A model generated the notes under the pieces. The model was not told the DNA's origin, made no database searches, and saw only the letters and a list, made by a program, of their open reading frames with translations. A stretch of 64,000 bases of DNA from Macrostomum lignano. Its lineage: Eukaryota. Location of the stretch: NCBI GenBank assembly GCA_002269645.1, contig NIVC01001487.1:1-64000 (forward strand). The letters are read 5' to 3'. Positions 58,681 through 64,000 of the stretch are shown here, piece by piece; the stretch's first letter is position 1; each line of letters starts with the position of its first letter. The position numbers and the translations under genes are program-made.

Positions 58681-59614
58681 TTCGAAACAAGGACTCGTGG
58701 TTGCTGAAGCCTTTTATTGCTGTGAAGTCTTTGATTTGTAAGACCGTGGGTTGCAAGTCAAGACGAACCTAGATCGTACACACCAGAGCTCTCTCCCTAG
58801 CCCTGGCTGACACAAATATGTTTAGATAAAACAAATGAGGATGCCTTCCGCCATAGACATGCAGCGACCCACAATAGAAGGATATGTCTATGGTTCCGAG
58901 CTTTTGCGCAGCAGTCCTCGTATTGATGTCATTTCGGCCCTCCGAACCATAGACATCTCGAGGGCCAAGGGAATGCAGTCGAAATTAGCGAGCCAAAATG
59001 GGATAGTCTTCAATTTACCCCTGCTAAAGTTCGAACCATAGACAAAAGTTCCACTCTGGCGACTGCGTGCATCGGCCTTAAAAATCTAGGCACAATGGAG
59101 AAGAGCATGCGCCTTCTCCAGAAGATTACTGACGTCCAATTGAAAATCCAAAATTTGACCTCTGCAAAACTTTAACTGTTTTAGTTAAAGTTTGTAGTAG
59201 ACGGGAAAATTCAGATAAAAGTCTGCAAAAAAATCTGATTTTTTAAGCTTTATGTAACACTTTGAGGGTAATTATATCATAGTACTTTAACTGTCTCTTT
59301 GACTGTCTCTTTGATTGCCTTATAGCTTAACTTTATTTTGAACTTGTGCTCTCTCCATCACACTGAGAGGGCAACTTTATAACAGTTTTCAATATTTTTG
59401 GTTTGAAATCCAACAATTTCAGTTCAGTGTCTGATAAAATAAAAAAATTGTTAACCATGTCAGTCAACAGCTATGACGTCGTCAGCAAAAGAACAGCCAA
59501 TGTCACGTGACTGCCGCTCTGTGCCGCACTAAGGCCGCACTAAGCAATTCACACCTCATATTATCATGCATATTTCTTATCATGCAGTTAGGCTTAAAAT
59601 GACTGCAGCTCGTT

Positions 59615-60310
59615 GTCCTGTGTGTGGTGTCCATGACTGTAGATGGATGTCCTGTGTGTGGTGTCCATGACTGCAGATGGATGTCCTGTGTGTGGTGTCC
59701 ATGACTGTAGATGGATGTCCTGTGTGTGGTGTCCATGACTGCAGATGGATGTCCTTGTTGTGGTGTCCATGGCTGCAGATGGATGTCCTGTATGTGGTGT
59801 CCATGGCTGCAGATGGATGTCCTTGGTGTGGTGTCCATGACTGCAGATGGATGTCCTTGGTGTGGTGTCCATGACTGGAGATGGATGTCCTTGGTGTGGT
59901 GTCCATGACTGGAGATGGATGTCCTTGGTGTGGTGTCCATGACTGTAGATGGATGTCCTTGGTGTGGTGTCCATGGCTGCAGATGGATGTCCTTGGTGTG
60001 GTGTCCATGACTGCAGATGGATGTCCTTGGTGTGGTGTCCATGACTGGAGATGGATGTCCTTGGTGTGGTGTCCATGACTGTAGATGGATGTCCTTGGTG
60101 TGGTGTCCATGACTGGAGATGGATGTCCTGTGTGTGGTGTCCATGACTGTAGATGGATGTCCTGTGTGTGGTGTCCATGACTGTAGATGGATGTCCTGTG
60201 TGTGGTGTCCATGACTGTAGATGGATGTCTGTGTGTGGTGTCCACGACTGTAGATGGATGTCCTGTGTGTGGTGTCCATTACTGCAGATGGATGTCCTGG
60301 GTGTGGTGTA
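59615..60310. repeat. 34-bp minisatellite (GTGGTGTCCATGACTG(C/T/G)AGATGGATGTCCT(TG/GT)GT)
   Basis: About 20 copies; the 34-aa periodicity in the ORF track equals 3 x 34 nt. Confidence 0.97.
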
Positions 60311-63300
60311 CAGGAGTTGGATCGTTTGAGGCTTCTTGTTGAACCCATACCGCTATTTAAGAGGTGTACATCGTTACATAATGAGAGCCGGTAATAAATG
60401 CTGATAAAATCCAAAATATTATATAACTAAAATAGCTACTGCAGTTTTTATCAAAATTTAAAACAGATTTTAACAAGCTCTTCATTGATTTGAGCAACTG
60501 AGCTGCTAGCGGTAGCTCGTAATTTGAACCGCCCTTAAGAAGTGCATTGTGTTTCTGCATTTTTTAAATTTCTTTATTACCTGCTACAGTAACAGTATAT
60601 TTGTTATGGAAAATGAATTCACTATATATACGCTATATAGTCTATATTAAACTCTGTTAAAACTCTGTTAAATTCTCTTATGCTGCTTAAGTTCTCAGGT
60701 TTTTTTGCTCAAGTCAAGCAAGGCAAAACTTTTCGGAGGGAGCGACTAAGCTGCATCAGCCGGGCTCATGATCCTCAGGGTCGGAGCGCCGATGCAGAGC
60801 GCCTAAAAAGTAGATGAAAAACTCGAAAGATTTGAGAACTCATTTTGGGATAACTTTATTGGCTCAGGCACAGATCCGGACTGGATTGAGGGCTTGAGCA
60901 GCAACTTCAGAAGGGTGGCAGACAAGAGCTGTCATTTGATTCTACTAGCGGTCAGTTGCCACGAAATGCTACAGAAATTCTTCAAATACAATTACATATT
61001 TTTATAGTTTACAAGCTTTATTCTTACCTGGCAAATAGGGAACGATTCCCACGCAATAATGAGCGCAGTTCTTTCGTCCATTTCCCTTTTCTCTTTTCCT
61101 ATACAGTCCTGCAGGGAGGGGGTATTTTTGAGCAGAAGTAGCTCAAGTATCTGTGGTTGTCTTTGTGTTGCTGTCAGAGTTTTTAAGCTTCGAAGTGATT
61201 TATAATTGATTCAATTCTTACTGTCAATTGTGCTTGAGTCTGATCGTAATGGGTAATTCTCGGTCCGCAAAAACGAATCACTTTGCCTCAGCTTGCAACG
61301 CAGATCAACCCACTTTAACTGGTTTAAACCCTCGTCGCGCAGCTTAAGTTCGGTGAGGGGACACTTTTTGACAAGTCTGCGCTTCTTATGACCACCTAAT
61401 TAACAGCCTCTGCTTACTCCAGTTAGCTGAGCACCACCGTTTTAAAAGCTGGAATCTTTGAGCTAAGTTTGAGATCAATTGAACTTACTTCGTATACGAG
61501 ATGATTTTTTCGAGCCTCCTTCAAGTCCTCGGCGAAGAATGATGAAGCGGTGGCTCGTGCTTCTGACTCCATCACGGCCGTAGCTTAATTTGGCCAAACC
61601 TGTAGCCTGTCCTGGTCGGGAACTGCTAGCCGGATGCTGACCTAAACAACTGGCTCCCCACACAGCTACTGTACGGAGTCTCGTGTCATTAGGCGTGCGG
61701 TCATTCCGTTTCAATGGCGAGAAATAGAAAGTTTCTGACCTCTGTCTGATGATTGTCGATAAGATTGGTTAATTGGGTGTTTGATCCGTATTCACTAATG
61801 ATTCTTTCTTTGATTCTGTTCCCGTCATATTTCAGCTGGACTCCTCTTGTAGTTGTGGATATCAGATAGAGCAGGGCGACGAACATAGCGCAGGCCAGAA
61901 GGCAGACCATCTGCGAGATGCGAAAGTTGTTTAAGACGATCGTTTATCATGGAGACATCGTTCTATCGTGGTTATCCGGTGCAAGGGGTCTTGGGTTTTT
62001 TGGGTAGAAAAAGATGTCGATAATTATCAGTTTGCTTAAATAATTGATGCATACCGCATTCTTTAGATATAAAGATCTGAGATCATGCTCAGACTTGCTC
62101 CATTGCCTACTCTTGTCTGTACATGCAAATAATTATTTGATTACATAAATTTGAACATGCACCTAACGTACTCGAAAGCGTTTGCGCATTTTGAGCCTTT
62201 GAGAGAGCTTGCTTGTTCACTTGCTCCGGGTAAGGAGTTCGTGACTGAGAATGAGCCGCCCCTTAACATGTAATAGTTTGACTGGATACTGGTAAGCTCC
62301 CAAGCAAACAACGATGAACCCCTGATGATTGGTAGCCGTCGAAGGATGTCATCTTCACCGCTTGGCCGTCTCAGTGCACCCGCATCAAGGAGCAACGGCT
62401 CTCAAAGAACTATACAGGAGGAAGGCGGGCGCAGAATCACGTTACCTTTAGATCACTTGAGGCCAATGCTAAGACGGCGTATCGACGCCATCAAGCCGCT
62501 GGAGTCATTTCAAAGTGGTGTCTGAACAGTGAGCAGTCCAACAATGCAGCAACTGTCCCAAACTCCTGAATCTGCTGGCAATTCGCTGAAAAGCGAATGG
62601 TTTTAAACAAGGTTACCAACCGGAAACCAACAACTCGCAGCTCTGCTCAACAATGCACATCAATGTACATCTGTACATATGTACATTTCATATAGTCATC
62701 ATTCTGCCTGGCAGCTCGCACACCACTAACTACATTTAGATATTCTGTTTGCAAACAGATCTTTGCCAACCAAGAGGGACAAGAGACTAACTAACGCAGC
62801 CTTTTAACTCACTAACTGACATCCCTTTGTTTTGAAACTTTTTTTAATAATAGCGTCGTCACAGTAAAAAGTGTGTAAAATACTGAACAAGATTGGCTCA
62901 CGATCTTGAGCGCAATTCTCCAGTTGTACAGGACGCTAAGAATAGCCAGGATGCCCATCGCTAAGTTGGCCAGGTTAATGAAAGCCATAAAAAGTTCTTC
63001 CGCGTTAGTGGACGACAGTTTTATAGCCAAAGTGATAGCAGAGAAGGTTAAGCTAACGACGGACAGGACGCGATGAGGGCTCCGTAACTGCCAATGGCGA
63101 TGTACTTGACAGTTGCACCTAACAGGTGCATTCTCTGCTCCTAGATTAGAAAGCTTTCACGAGCTTTTACGTAAATTTACAGCCGCTTTTCTTCGAGTCA
63201 CGCAAGAGTTCTTTTTGCATATTTAATTTACCGCAGTTACTATTTTTTCCATAGACAAAGAAACCTCACACCGTGTAGTTAATACGAGAGACAATACTTT

Positions 63301-64000
63301 TAATATATGCTAATGTTTTTCAGGCCAAAAATGCTTGTCAGATTGCGCAAACTATACATAAAAGGTAAACACATGCATTATGGTTATTATTTAAACTCGA
63401 CGTGCTATAATTTGAGGTAATCTAAGTACGCCCAGCTAGGCCGTCCGAGCTGCTCCGTCAGCCTCCATTTCGAAAAACTGCAGAACGAGGAATCAAAATT
63501 AGTATTGAATTCGAATGAATGAAACTAATTCTGCAGTGGAAGGAAATTTCGTCTCTGTCTGTTGCATTTTTGCGACGGAGATGTCGCCAGCAACGGGGAT
63601 GCGGAAAGGACAATGCGAAATCGATTGATTTTTTATTTGCTTCTCGCAACCTCCGCGGCACCAGAGCAATTAACAATAATCTGTAATAATCCAAGGTCGC
63701 TTGGACGGACCGAGCCAGCTGCATTGGAAACCCGCTCGTCGTTGATCTTGAAGGCGGCGCACAGCAGGCCAGCGTGCGCCGTGTCAAACTTGCTGTCCGA
63801 GCGAGTCCGTCACTCGTAAAACAAGAAGGCTTTAAACACCGCCAGGAACAAGGGCTGCCTTATTACTTAAAAGTGTCTTTTTCGTCTACTCAAAATTGGT
63901 AAGCTTATTAGAAGGATGTAAAGCCCAAATTTAATTTGGCACTTGCTGCAGGTTGGGTAATACGCATTATTTTTTGCAGACAGTATATATAGGTAAGTCC

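Overview
Eukaryotic invertebrate genomic DNA: GT-AG introns, GC-rich exons in an AT-rich background, TTAGGG tracts, no prokaryotic features. The style resembles a Macrostomum-like flatworm, which is an unverified inference. Host genes, all on the + strand, look like an innate-immunity/glycan-recognition neighbourhood. They are a two-exon ARM-TIR-SAM protein, a secreted PAN + F-type lectin, a secreted PAN-like + fibrinogen-domain (FReD) gene with a 5'-truncated paralog, and a secreted WSC + PAN protein. Around them lies a dense, partly nested set of transposons with readable TIRs and target-site duplications (TSDs): a Harbinger end, two MITEs, a full-length P element with three TGA stops, a MULE foldback, apparently intact hAT and mariner elements, two Tc1 derivatives, a gypsy relic and a Penelope-like retroelement carrying a hammerhead ribozyme. 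There are also more than a dozen unrelated minisatellite arrays. Coordinates were counted by eye, and the edges of repeat arrays are approximate.
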